Positions 38,809 to 49,148 are shown, counted from the first letter of the stretch. The stretch: DNA of 64,000 nt from an uncultured Thermoprotei archaeon (GCA_965367815.1 CBDUKN010000003.1:64001-128000), one strand, 5' to 3'. The notes: generated from the sequence alone by a model not told the origin. Translations and numbers: made by a program.

Positions 38809-39522
38809 ATGAGCGAAGTAAAGTTAGGTGTTCAAAGCTACTCTCTTAGAAAATTTTCGCTAGAAAAAGCTCTCGAATACATAGCTAGCTTAGAGCTAAA
38901 GTATGCTGAAGTTTATCCAGGACACTTGCCTCCCGAACTAAATGAAGTAAGTAAAGCTAAAGAGCTCATAGAAAAGTATGGCGTCAAAATAGCTGCACAC
39001 GGCGTAAACCACATGCCTCGAGATGAAGAAAAACTAAAGAAGCTCTTTGAGTTCGCGCATAAAGTAGGCATAGAAGTTCTTACAGCAGACCCTGATCCAG
39101 ATGCATTTGATCTGCTAGACAAGCTAGTTGAAGAATACGGTATAGCAGTAGCAATACACAACCACGGACCAGGCCACAGATACGCTACAGTAGAAGATGT
39201 GCTCAAAGCAGTAGAAAATCGCAGTCCACTTATAGGAATGTGCCTCGACACAGGGCATTTAGCTAGAGCAGGGCAAGACCCAGCTGAAGCAGCGCGCAAA
39301 CTAGGCAAAAGACTACACGGAATACACTTAAAAGATATTAATAAAGAAAAGAAAGACGTAGTGCTCGGAGAAGGAATAGTAGATTTCAAAAAACTCTTCG
39401 AAGTAATCAAGGAAAGTGGTGTATATTCAAAAGCAGTAATAGTAATAGAATACGAACTAGAGCCAGAAAACCCACTACCAGGAATACGTAAGTCGTTAAA
39501 CCACATACGAGCACTAATCTAA
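38809..39522 (+). CDS. Sugar phosphate isomerase/epimerase (xylose-isomerase-like TIM barrel)
   Basis: GVQSYSLR, AIHNHG, CLDTGH, IHLKD, IEYE. Confidence 0.85.
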   Translation: MSEVKLGVQSYSLRKFSLEKALEYIASLELKYAEVYPGHLPPELNEVSKAKELIEKYGVKIAAHGVNHMPRDEEKLKKLFEFAHKVGIEVLTADPDPDAFDLLDKLVEEYGIAVAIHNHGPGHRYATVEDVLKAVENRSPLIGMCLDTGHLARAGQDPAEAARKLGKRLHGIHLKDINKEKKDVVLGEGIVDFKKLFEVIKESGVYSKAVIVIEYELEPENPLPGIRKSLNHIRALI

Positions 39523-39876
39523 TAACAATAGAAAGATCTATTAATGTTAAACATAGGATAGCAAAAAGAGTTAGAGAAAATACTTTTAAACTATTATCTT
39601 GTTTTTCTCAGTTTAAGACTAAGCTGGCTAAAAGTGTCGTTAATTAATGCTAATTTACTGCTAGCAGAAGAACTAGCAGAGACTAAAGTGGATACTTTGC
39701 TCTTCGATGCTAATCCAAAGAATTAAGAAAAGACTTATATGATAAAGAGGGAGAGCTCAACAGATCTTTGACAAAACTCTAAACACTACTAAAATAATAC
39801 CGACTCCTTTAAATAATTTAAGAATTATTCTAATTTACGAAAATCTATAAAATATTTTCACATACTGTAAATAGTG

Positions 39877-40311
39877 TTACGAAAATATAGTGCCTAGAAG
39901 GTATTCCTCTGGAGTCAATACTTCAAAAGAACCTTTATTCATAAAATGCTTCTTATTCCATGTAACTAAAGTATTTACGCCCTGTTCTTCTAAAATCCAC
40001 GCTACTTGAGCATCGCCAAAACTCATTTTCCTGTAAATGTAGTTTAAAGACTTCATTATGTAGTTGGAAAGAGACGGCCATTCTTTCCAGTAAAGTATTT
40101 CGAAGTCGCGTCTTCTATGAAGTAGTGTAAAAAGTTGACGTGCCTTAGTGGCACCCTGAGCAATAGCCATTAATCCTGTGAGTTCGAGTACATTGACAAT
40201 AGTGGTAGCTTTCACTAAGTCAGACTCAATTAGTTTTGCAGCAGTTTTGTATCTTTTATCCCATTTGAAAATAAAATATACGGCTAAGACATCTGTATCT
40301 AGAGCTATCAT
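39877..40311 (-). CDS. vapC: VapC PIN toxin
   Basis: IALDTDVL, NVLEL, SFGDAQV, VTWNKKHF. Confidence 0.8.
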   Translation of the reverse strand: MIALDTDVLAVYFIFKWDKRYKTAAKLIESDLVKATTIVNVLELTGLMAIAQGATKARQLFTLLHRRRDFEILYWKEWPSLSNYIMKSLNYIYRKMSFGDAQVAWILEEQGVNTLVTWNKKHFMNKGSFEVLTPEEYLLGTIFS

Positions 40312-40631
40312 AAAGATTCTCCTCTAACTTTTCTTAATACTTTCTCTACTTCATCTGTGCCAAAAAACTTGCGCAGATTTTTTCTTGCTTCATCTACATT
40401 CACTTCAACAACATCACTCGGACCTAGGTCCTTCTTTAATTTACCTAACAAATATAGCGTTATGACAAATTCTTCTTCAGTAGCAAGTCTAGAGTACTCT
40501 AGCAAAAGCTTTCTTAGTGACTCAGCCACGGCTTCGCTTCTAGACCTAAATATACCTAGTTCAATAAGTCTATCGAGCTCCTTAACAATTTCCTCAGAAA
40601 CTCTGACTTGAAGAAGAATAGTTTTCTTCAT
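40308..40631 (-). CDS. RHH (CopG/MetJ) antitoxin
   Basis: LQVRVSEEIVKELDRLIELGIFRSRSEAV; ATGA overlap with the PIN gene. Confidence 0.85.
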   Translation of the reverse strand: MKKTILLQVRVSEEIVKELDRLIELGIFRSRSEAVAESLRKLLLEYSRLATEEEFVITLYLLGKLKKDLGPSDVVEVNVDEARKNLRKFFGTDEVEKVLRKVRGESL

Positions 40632-40657
40632 ACATGTATGATAAAATCATACGTGTA
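40631..40657. promoter_or_regulatory. Candidate RHH operator TACATGTATGAT-AAA-ATCATACGTGTA
   Basis: 12-bp inverted arms (11/12 match) at the antitoxin start. Confidence 0.6.
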
Positions 40658-41155
40658 TTTATTTCTTAATATTCATGCATCCTACAATATTTACAGTGTT
40701 CTTATCCGGATCTTTTAGCTCTAGTAAACTCACCTACTCCAATAGCGTCTACATCCATTTCATTTCCTTTATACACTATTTCCCCAGTCCATTTGATAAA
40801 CGCTCCTATTCACACGCATATAACTTTGTTATCCCACCATGTGCCTCTTGATGTAATTACCCAGTGTTTAGAAGGCCGGTAAGCAAATACTTTTTCAGTT
40901 AAATTGAAAATTTCCTTGAAATTCTCCGCTAAGAGTAAATTCTCTACACATATACCCAAATAAAATTCCAGCTAGTATTGTCAGGAAAATAATGTTCCCA
41001 GAGACTATTACAGAAAAGTGGTAACTCAATAGGAAACAATCTAGCTAGCTTCTCCGCAACTGCGGCACTCAAACAATATTCAAGTAAATTATACACAATA
41101 CTTTATTATCTTTCAGTAGACAGAAAATTAAAATTTCTATATATAGACTGTATAT

Positions 41156-41383
41156 ATGATGGTTAAAACCATTATGATTAGAGACGAAGTATACAAACTA
41201 CTCGTTGAGCTAAAAAACACTAACGAAAGTTTCAGCGACATAATTCTAAGACTAATAAAAGAGTCTGCTGAAGCAAGAAAGAGAAGAATAGAAAAATATT
41301 TTGGTTCCTTAAAAGAAGACGAAGCAAAAATACTTGAAGAAATAACAGAAAAAAGCAGAAAAGAATTCAAAACTAGAATATGA
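41156..41383 (+). CDS. vapB: VapB-type (DUF217-like) antitoxin, orphaned
   Basis: KTIMIRDEVYKLLVELK..NESFSDIILRL...YFGSL. Confidence 0.85.
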   Translation: MMVKTIMIRDEVYKLLVELKNTNESFSDIILRLIKESAEARKRRIEKYFGSLKEDEAKILEEITEKSRKEFKTRI

Positions 41384-41441
41384 GAATACTACTCGTCAGC
41401 TATAATCGAATTTCTAAAAGGAAATCTAAAAGTCAAAGAAA
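41380..41441 (+). pseudogene. VapC N-terminal stub
   Basis: ATGA overlap with vapB; reads MRIL / SSAIIEFLKGNLKVKE with a frameshift at the catalytic Asp codon, then runs into a convergent gene. Confidence 0.6.
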
Positions 41442-41915
41442 TTATTGAAGAATCCATCTCTTTAAATCATCATAGAAGTCTTCTCTGCTCTTAAAGCCTC
41501 GGAAATTAAAGCTATAGACTCTTGGAGTATTTCCTTGAATAAAGCCTACTGTTAAAGTAGAGCCTCCGAAATACTTACGATACTCTACAAACCTTATATC
41601 TTTAAGAGGTATTATTAAGCTACCGGGAGTCTTAATACCCCTATATACGTCTTCTAAGCTAAGTTTCCTGCTCATAACTACTTTTCTACCTATACCGAAT
41701 GGTGTCCTAGCGCCAAGTGCTGCTACCGTTACTCCTTCGCCTATGCTTAACGCAACGTAATACAGATTTTTGTTTGTCAGAACGAGGTATCCCGGCTTAT
41801 ATGCGCTCATGAAGCCTCTAACATAGGCTTTAGCTACACGTTGAGCATGACCTGTGGGAAGAGTAGTTTCATAAGCAGCTACATCTCCTTCTTGTTTAAT
41901 AATATATTCCTTCAC
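41442..41915 (-). CDS. Hypothetical protein, PH-domain-like
   Basis: GYLVLTNKNLYY and IPLKDIRFVE patterns typical of bacterial PH/GRAM folds. Confidence 0.55.
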   Translation of the reverse strand: MKEYIIKQEGDVAAYETTLPTGHAQRVAKAYVRGFMSAYKPGYLVLTNKNLYYVALSIGEGVTVAALGARTPFGIGRKVVMSRKLSLEDVYRGIKTPGSLIIPLKDIRFVEYRKYFGGSTLTVGFIQGNTPRVYSFNFRGFKSREDFYDDLKRWILQ

Positions 41916-42033
41916 GATTAAAAACTAGAATAAAGATTATAAAAATTTTATTAACTGTCAGTGCAGAGTTTTCATTGAAGTAGAATTTAGTGTATATGAG
42001 AAGTATTTTATTTTATTTGCGTGAGAATTAGTC

Positions 42034-44505
42034 ATGGATACCGAAGTCTATGTAGTGCTCTACTCTCATATCGACGTCGGCTGGGGTTACTATTGGGGGC
42101 CGTCGCTCGAGTATATTGAGCGCCAAAATAATGTTATTGCTTTCAGTGCGCTGAACTTAATTAAAAATGACCTTGACTTTAAGTGGACAATAGATAACGT
42201 CTATGTTATTAAAAGACTTTTGAGAGATTTTCCTGCTCTACGAGACTTTATCATATCTGCTTTGAAGGAAGGCAGGATAGAAGTTTCTCCACCAGCTGTC
42301 GCTATTTCGCCGCTCTATATTGACGGCGAATCTCTCATAAGAAATGTGTTGCTTGGAAGGGAGTTTTATAAGAACCTTGGCGTGAAAAAACATTCACCAG
42401 TATTCATTGCTTTTGATGTCACTTGTCATCATCCGCAGTTGCCGCAGATACTTCGTAAGCTAGGCTTCGAATACTATGTTCCAGGAAGACCAGACATGAA
42501 AGCATATAAGCTGAAAGGAGTACCAATAGAATTTATTTGGGAAGGACTCGATGGAAGCCGTATTTTATGCAATAGGGTTGGTTACGGGTGGGCTTACGTT
42601 GAGCTTAAAGAGCCTTTGGGCATAAAGACTTGGAGTGAAGGAGCAGAGGAGATAGTACAGCACTTAGAGAAAAAGGTAGCCGATATTTATGAGGGAGTAG
42701 AGTCTCCTTACATAATATACATTGGCAGAGACTGGCATGAATTTCACCCAGCTATATGCGAGCTAATAAGGTACTGGAGGAGCAAAGGAAGGAAGGTAGT
42801 CGTAGCTACTCCAAGCGAGTACTTCAAGCACCTACCCAAGAAGAAGCTTAAAGTAGTTAAAGGAGACCTCGACCCTGTCAGCTGGGCAGCTATATATGGT
42901 GTTGGGGGAGACATAGTACGCTATAACATAATTAAAGCAGTAGGCGCTTTACTCAACTGCGAGAAAACATGTACTATAGCTTCTCTCTACGGAAGAAAAT
43001 ATCCTTACAGGAAAATAAAGAAGGCGTGGTACTATATAGCCATCAGCTGGCACCACGATATGTCGCACGGCTATGTTTCTCAAACAGACTGCGAGAAATG
43101 GATCAAAATACTCAAGAATATTCGATTCTGGGCTCTCAGCGAAACAAAGCGCGCTATAAATTACATTGCGTTGAAAATAAACACAGTCTGGGCCAAAGGA
43201 ACACCACTAGTAGTCTTCAATACTCTGCCGTGGAGACGAACAGACAAAGCATCGCTGAAAATAACGCTGCCAGAAAACCTTGTTCCAAGAATATATGACT
43301 ATGAAGGAAACTCTGTACCATGCCAAGTAAAAGTCCTCAAAAAACTTGGAGACAAAAAGTTAGTCAAAGTAGAGTTCATAGCAGAAGTCCCTGGACTAGG
43401 CTACCGAGTCTACGACTTAAGACTCGAGAAAGGAGAATACAGCGAGGAGATATCGGGTGAGAAAAGTGTTGAAAACAAGTACTTTAAAGTAGAGTTCAGT
43501 AAAGGATGTATTTCAAGCCTATACGACAAGCAGACTGGAATACAGGTGCTCGAGACAAGCAAGTATCTCGGAAACGATCTCGTTTTGCAGAAAGTCAAAT
43601 TCAGGCCTCCAGATGGACTAGCTATAGACGAAGTCCTCTCTGAGACAAAAAGCAGTGACTATATCGCTGAAAAAGAAGTACTAATTAAAGGAGAACTCTA
43701 CACAACTTATGTCTCGGATAAAAGCTTTGAGAAAATAAAAGTAAAGCAGAAAATACTTGTACACAACTACAAGCCTGTAGTAGAGTTCTTTACTACAATC
43801 GAGGACCACCACTACGACCACAGAATAAGAGCAGTATTTCCACTGAATTTCAAAGGCAAAGTCTATAGAAGCATACCTTTCGGCGTAGTAGAATTTGAGC
43901 CAGAAAAAGAGCCCTACGTGGGCTGGGAAAGAAGCAACGGTAAGCTACCAGGAGTCTTCTGGGCCAGTACTTGGGCAGACTATTCTTCAGAAAACTACGG
44001 AGTAACGTTGGCCAATAGAGCTAGAATAGGATACCAAATTGAAGAAAACGTTCTATCAACAGTTCTACTAGCCACAAGAGACCCATCTGTACTAACTAGA
44101 TTTGCCTATCCACATCTCATAGGAACAGGCAAATACACTTTCAACTACATACTAGTGCCTCATACCGAAGACTGGAAGCATGCTAAACCATACCTCACAG
44201 TAGAAGAGTGGCTAAACCCGTTAATCGTAGTTGAAGCAACAAGACACGATGGCCTGCTGCCTCCAGAGAAAAGCATAATAGAGGTCTCTGGAAATGCAGT
44301 GCTATTGAGCGCACTCTACAAGGATCTTCAGGGAATAGTAATGAGGCTCTATGAAGTAGACGGCGAAGAAAAAGAGTACAGCGTAAAGCTAGACGGTAAA
44401 GGAGTAGAATTACTGGAAACAGATATGCTCGGAAAAATCATAAGTAAAGTGCCTAGGGTCTTGAAACCTTACGAGATAAAAACACTGCTAATTAGACGTA
44501 CTTAA
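42034..44505 (+). CDS. Glycoside hydrolase family 38 (alpha-mannosidase-like)
   Basis: SHIDVGW, DGESLIRN, QLPQIL, FIWEGLDGS, HHD, VFNTLPWRR, IPFG. Confidence 0.9.
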   Translation: MDTEVYVVLYSHIDVGWGYYWGPSLEYIERQNNVIAFSALNLIKNDLDFKWTIDNVYVIKRLLRDFPALRDFIISALKEGRIEVSPPAVAISPLYIDGESLIRNVLLGREFYKNLGVKKHSPVFIAFDVTCHHPQLPQILRKLGFEYYVPGRPDMKAYKLKGVPIEFIWEGLDGSRILCNRVGYGWAYVELKEPLGIKTWSEGAEEIVQHLEKKVADIYEGVESPYIIYIGRDWHEFHPAICELIRYWRSKGRKVVVATPSEYFKHLPKKKLKVVKGDLDPVSWAAIYGVGGDIVRYNIIKAVGALLNCEKTCTIASLYGRKYPYRKIKKAWYYIAISWHHDMSHGYVSQTDCEKWIKILKNIRFWALSETKRAINYIALKINTVWAKGTPLVVFNTLPWRRTDKASLKITLPENLVPRIYDYEGNSVPCQVKVLKKLGDKKLVKVEFIAEVPGLGYRVYDLRLEKGEYSEEISGEKSVENKYFKVEFSKGCISSLYDKQTGIQVLETSKYLGNDLVLQKVKFRPPDGLAIDEVLSETKSSDYIAEKEVLIKGELYTTYVSDKSFEKIKVKQKILVHNYKPVVEFFTTIEDHHYDHRIRAVFPLNFKGKVYRSIPFGVVEFEPEKEPYVGWERSNGKLPGVFWASTWADYSSENYGVTLANRARIGYQIEENVLSTVLLATRDPSVLTRFAYPHLIGTGKYTFNYILVPHTEDWKHAKPYLTVEEWLNPLIVVEATRHDGLLPPEKSIIEVSGNAVLLSALYKDLQGIVMRLYEVDGEEKEYSVKLDGKGVELLETDMLGKIISKVPRVLKPYEIKTLLIRRT

Positions 44506-44551
44506 TAGCAAATATTTAGCTTTTCTTTAGAAGATTTAGGTGTAAAAAACA

Positions 44552-47413
44552 TTAAACTACTTTAATTGATATTTCAGCTTTCTCTGGAGGCTTCTCTACT
44601 TTAAATACGACTTTTCTTCTCTCTCCTGGCTCTAAGTCTACACGCTTAACTGAGACTTCTTTTCCGTTGACTAGTAGCTTTACTTGAGCGATATCAGAGA
44701 TCTTGCCAATATTTTCTACTACACCTGTTACTGCTAGTTTGTCTCCCTTGTACTCTTTTTCTATTTTAATGCATTCGAATTTCGCTCTATGTTCTTTAGC
44801 TATATTAATTGTCTTTACTAGCCTTATGTCCTCTGAAGAACTGCCGACCATTATTTTGAATTCTCCTGGCTCAACTACTCTCCTCATATCTGGCCCGAAG
44901 TACGCTAAGTCGTCGAGTGTCAACTTGAATACCACGGTTTTCTTTTCGCCGGGCTTCAGTGTTACTCTCTTGAAGCCTTTAAGCTCTTTTACTGGTCTAG
45001 CTACTCTAGACACTACGTCCCGTATATACAGCTGGACTACTTCATCGCCTTCTCTGTCGCCCACGTTTTCTACGTCGACGCTGACTACGATACGACCCTT
45101 TTCTTCGTCGACTTCTACAGATAAGTTGCTGTACTTGAATTCAGTGTAGCTCAAGCCGTAGCCGAACGGGAAGAGAGGTGTAGCCGGCATGTCTACGTAG
45201 TCGTATGATCTTCCAGTAGGCTTGTAGTTGTAGTATAGCGGTAGCTGGCCTTCGCATCGAGGCCAAGTGAAAGGCAGTCTTCCTCCTGGATTATATTCTC
45301 CGAAAAGTACTTCAGCTATAGCTGTTCCTCCCTCCTGTCCTGGATACCATGCCTGAACAACAGCTGGCACTTTTTCTAGCCAATCGCCTACAACAGCACT
45401 ACCTGTTATCAATACTACTACTGTAGGTGTTCCTGTCTTCCACACTTCCTCAATCAGTTTCTCCTGTACTCTAGGAAGCCTCAGTATAGCTCTGTCTCTA
45501 CCCTCACCTTCATCTATTCCTACGAAAATTATCGCTACGTCGGCTTCCCTAGCTAGCTCAACAGCTTTCTTTACGCCAACTGGCACTTCATCAGCATAGT
45601 CCCAGCAGAGCCTTAAGGAAGCGTAGCCGGCTCCAATTCTCCTGTACTCTAGCCTCAAATCGTATTTGCGGCCTTTCTCTAAATCTACTACTGCTCTCAG
45701 CGGGAAGCTAGTAGGCTTGTCCCATGAGTCTATTAGGAGCTTGCCGTCTAGCCATAGTCTAACTCCGCCTCCGTCTGCCAGCACTATTAACTCGAATCTA
45801 CCTGTCTCGGGTGCGACTAGTCTAGCAGTAATTCTAGCTGAAAACCTGTCGAAAGGTATGCGCGAGTCCGGCGGGTTGTGGGCCCAGTCGAATCTAATAT
45901 CTCGGCCTCTAACTATCACTACTGGCTCTCCAGCTAAATCAGGGTTGTCGAAGTACTCTATTTTTACTCCATTTTCATCTGAGTCTGGGAGAAGCAGGTA
46001 TTCGCGTGAAATACGGATAAACTCGCTTACATCAGGTATACAGGCTTTCTCGTGGAGCACTTCTATGCCCGCTTTCTCTGCTTTCTCTTTTATAGCTTCT
46101 AGTGGAGAGATTTTTCTGCAGGGTATACCGCTGTAGCCGCCTAGCCTCAATTCATCTGAGAGAGGCCCTAGTACAGCTATTTTCTTCACTTTGCTTTTAT
46201 CTAATGGAAGCACTTTGTTCTCGTTCTTAAGGAGAACTATCGCTTTCCTCGCGGCCTCTAAAGCCAGTTTTCTGTGTTCTTCACAGCAGCATATTTTCTC
46301 CGCCCTATCTGGATCAGTGAAGGGGTTGTCGAAAAGCCCTATGAGGAACTTTACTCTGAGTACTCTTCTTACAGCTTCGTTTAATACTTCTTCTGAAATA
46401 AGTCCTTCTTTAACTGCTTTCAGTAGAGCTTCTCCATAGACTTCTACTCTAGGTAATTCCACGTCCAAACCGGCCTCTAAAGCCAGCTTAGCTGTTTCCT
46501 CCAGGGAAGATGCTACTTTATGTTTTTCGTAGATGCCTATTACAGAGCGGTAATCTGAGACAACAAAGCCTTCGAAGCCCCACTCGTCTCTAAGCACTTC
46601 AGTTAGCAGCCACTTGTGGCAGGAGCAGGGTGTTCCGTCAAGAGAATTGTAGGCCGCCATTACTGACAGCGCTCCCGCTTTAAAGCATGCTTTGAAGCCA
46701 GGGAAGTATATTTCGCGGATTATGCGCTCAGAGAAGTGTATTTCGTTGCTGTCTCTACCGCCGTCGCCTACGAAGTTGGCGACGTAGTGTTTTGGAGTAG
46801 CTATTACTCCTTCTTCTCTCAGAGCTCTGCAGAAAGCAGCCCCCATAACGGCTGTTAGATATGGGTCTTCGCCGTAGCTTTCCTCGGTTCTCCCGGCTCT
46901 AACGTCTCGTACTATATTGACTACAGGTGATAAGCACTGGTGTATTCCTCTTGCTCTAGTTTCTTTAGCTATAGCTTTAGCCACACGGTACATTAAGTCG
47001 GGATCCCATGTAGCTGCTAGTGCAATTGCTTGAGGAAAGCTAGTAGAGTACTTAGCCATACAGCCGTGAAGACATTCGTCGTGAATAATAACAGGTATTC
47101 CGAGCCGAGTATTCTCGATAGCCTGTATCTGATAGTCATTAGACTTGATTGCTCCTTCTTTAGGAGGCAGGTTTCTAATAACTAGAGTGAGATTGCCCAT
47201 ACCGTGCTCAGGAACAGTGGTTCCAGACTGAAGTTGAGCAACTTTTTCCTCTAGAGTCATTCGAGACAATAAGTCTTCGACTCTCTCTTCGATAGGTAGC
47301 TCGGGGTTCTCGTAGGGATCCATTACACCATTTTTATTGAAATCAATCCAGTTTTCATGATATATTTCAGGCTTCTTGACATTAGGTGGAAGATAGTATT
47401 TCCTTGAAGTCAT
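44552..47413 (-). CDS. Glycoside hydrolase family 3 beta-glycosidase with PA14 and FnIII domains
   Basis: TRLGIP, FPQAIALAATWD, GRTEESYGED, KHY, GFVVSDY, PA14 insert, YGLSYT, EVVQLY. Confidence 0.95.
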   Translation of the reverse strand: MTSRKYYLPPNVKKPEIYHENWIDFNKNGVMDPYENPELPIEERVEDLLSRMTLEEKVAQLQSGTTVPEHGMGNLTLVIRNLPPKEGAIKSNDYQIQAIENTRLGIPVIIHDECLHGCMAKYSTSFPQAIALAATWDPDLMYRVAKAIAKETRARGIHQCLSPVVNIVRDVRAGRTEESYGEDPYLTAVMGAAFCRALREEGVIATPKHYVANFVGDGGRDSNEIHFSERIIREIYFPGFKACFKAGALSVMAAYNSLDGTPCSCHKWLLTEVLRDEWGFEGFVVSDYRSVIGIYEKHKVASSLEETAKLALEAGLDVELPRVEVYGEALLKAVKEGLISEEVLNEAVRRVLRVKFLIGLFDNPFTDPDRAEKICCCEEHRKLALEAARKAIVLLKNENKVLPLDKSKVKKIAVLGPLSDELRLGGYSGIPCRKISPLEAIKEKAEKAGIEVLHEKACIPDVSEFIRISREYLLLPDSDENGVKIEYFDNPDLAGEPVVIVRGRDIRFDWAHNPPDSRIPFDRFSARITARLVAPETGRFELIVLADGGGVRLWLDGKLLIDSWDKPTSFPLRAVVDLEKGRKYDLRLEYRRIGAGYASLRLCWDYADEVPVGVKKAVELAREADVAIIFVGIDEGEGRDRAILRLPRVQEKLIEEVWKTGTPTVVVLITGSAVVGDWLEKVPAVVQAWYPGQEGGTAIAEVLFGEYNPGGRLPFTWPRCEGQLPLYYNYKPTGRSYDYVDMPATPLFPFGYGLSYTEFKYSNLSVEVDEEKGRIVVSVDVENVGDREGDEVVQLYIRDVVSRVARPVKELKGFKRVTLKPGEKKTVVFKLTLDDLAYFGPDMRRVVEPGEFKIMVGSSSEDIRLVKTINIAKEHRAKFECIKIEKEYKGDKLAVTGVVENIGKISDIAQVKLLVNGKEVSVKRVDLEPGERRKVVFKVEKPPEKAEISIKVV

Positions 47414-47540
47414 TTGCTCACATTAGTTACGCAAATTTGTCATTTTTAACACTTTCCACGCTGAAACATTTCACTGAAGATACTTTAATTAATACTAGCT
47501 GTGCATTAAAGAAGGAAACATATTACTTTATGGTCTACAA

Positions 47541-48368
47541 ATGGGAGTAGTTCTCATAGGAAGAAGCTTTGAAGAAGAAGTAAAAGACTACTTAAAGCTA
47601 GCAGAAATTCTTAAACTAAAATCAATTGAGCTCGACTTTTCTCATCCAGAACTATGCTTCGATGGACTTAAAGCCAGAATATATTTACCAGAGCTAAGCC
47701 ACTTGCGCAAAAAGAAGCTAGTGAAAGATTTTGCGCAAAATTTCGAAGCAAAGGGAGCACACTTACCTTTTGCCTCCATGGAGGTATATTCAGCAGCATC
47801 TGATAAGAAACTAGAGGAAGCTTCACGCAAGCTAATAAAATTCGGCATAGAATGTGCTGCTGAAATAACCTAGACTTCGTTACAATACACCTTGATTCAA
47901 AAAATCTAAATGACGAAGAGGAAAAATAGAGAAAACTAAAAAGCTGTTGAGGAATACCTCGATGTAGTAAAACAGTATAACATAGTACTAGCCTTGGAAA
48001 ATACTTTCGGCAATTTTACTAAAATACCTGAGCTAGTACATGAGCTGAAAAATCCTCTAGTTAAAATGACATTAGACACAGGACACGCCTACTTAACACT
48101 GAGAAGCGAATTCCATAAGAAAATAGTTCAGTACCTAGAGAACAACAAAGACATAATATGCAACATACATGTACACGACAGCACACTGAAAAGAGATCAT
48201 TTAATGATAGGCAGAGGAGAAATAGACTTCAAGCCAATAATCAAAGTTCTAAAGAAAGCAAATAAAAGATATACACTTAATCTCGAAAGCGAGCCAAGTA
48301 GTCCCCAGACAGCACTAGAAGAAACAATAAAAAGCATAACGCTGTTAAAGCAGTTCGAAAACTCGTAA
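47541..48368 (+). pseudogene. Sugar phosphate isomerase/epimerase pseudogene
   Basis: AHLPF fragment, intervening FVTIH in another frame, then ALEN...TLDTGHA...HVHD...DHLMIGRGEIDF. Confidence 0.75.
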
Positions 48369-48449
48369 ATTAACATAGCGAAGCTTAGCAGTTATCTACT
48401 TTCTAAATAGTAATACATATATTACGCTAATAGTATACAGTATGAGCAT

Positions 48450-48698
48450 ATGAGTGTAGTAGTGAGTTTTAGAATAGATAAGAATTTGAAGCGCAAAATG
48501 GAAGAGTATAGTTACATTAATTGGAGTGAAGTTGTCCGCAGAGCTATAGCTGAAGTGATCGAAAAAGAAGAATCAAAAAGAAGAGGAAAAGACTACGAGA
48601 GAATTAAGAGAGCAGCTCTGAGAACTAGAAAACTCATTAGAAAAATTGAGGGATGGAGTAGTGTAGAGGAGATTAGAAGATGGAGAGAAAAATTGTAG
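48450..48698 (+). CDS. vapB: RHH-type VapB antitoxin
   Basis: VVSFRIDKNLKRKME...INWSEVVRRAI...SVEEIRRWRE; palindrome GTAATA-CATA-TATTAC at 48410-48425 upstream. Confidence 0.85.
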   Translation: MSVVVSFRIDKNLKRKMEEYSYINWSEVVRRAIAEVIEKEESKRRGKDYERIKRAALRTRKLIRKIEGWSSVEEIRRWREKL

Positions 48699-49108
48699 TT
48701 GTAGACGCAAGTGTTGTTGTTAAATGGTTTGTAGAAGAAAAATACTCGGAGGAAGCAAACTTGCTTAAAGACGCTTATGTCAGTGGCCTATTAGACCTAG
48801 CTGCGCCAGCTCTTCTGCCATACGAGGTTCTTAATGCATTAAAGTACTCAGGGCATTTTGGAGAAGATGAGCTTAAAGAAGTAGCAAGCATTCTTGAAGA
48901 CTATCAGATAACACTCTATATTATCGAAGGAGATCTGGGCTCAAAAACTGTAGAGATAGCTATGAGAAAAGGCTTAACTATTTATGATGCAGCTTATGTA
49001 GCGTTAGCAGATAAACTAAAGACAGTACTATATACAGCAGATGAAAAGCTAATAAGAAAAGTAAGTGACGAGAATCTAGTAAAGCACATAGCGGATCTAG
49101 AAATATAG
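48680..49108 (+). CDS. vapC: VapC PIN toxin
   Basis: VVDASVVVKWF, YEVLNAL, TIYDAAYVALA, YTADEKL. Confidence 0.9.
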   Translation: MERKIVVVDASVVVKWFVEEKYSEEANLLKDAYVSGLLDLAAPALLPYEVLNALKYSGHFGEDELKEVASILEDYQITLYIIEGDLGSKTVEIAMRKGLTIYDAAYVALADKLKTVLYTADEKLIRKVSDENLVKHIADLEI

Positions 49109-49148
49109 ATAAGGACCAGTAAATAATTCGAGTAAATAAACTACTATC

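Noticed and set aside
39600-39800. Short coding-like stretch after the epimerase gene
   Set aside because: Too short and interrupted to support a call
40680-41110. Degenerate coding-like sequence on the minus strand
   Set aside because: Broken by stops and shifts and not assignable to a family
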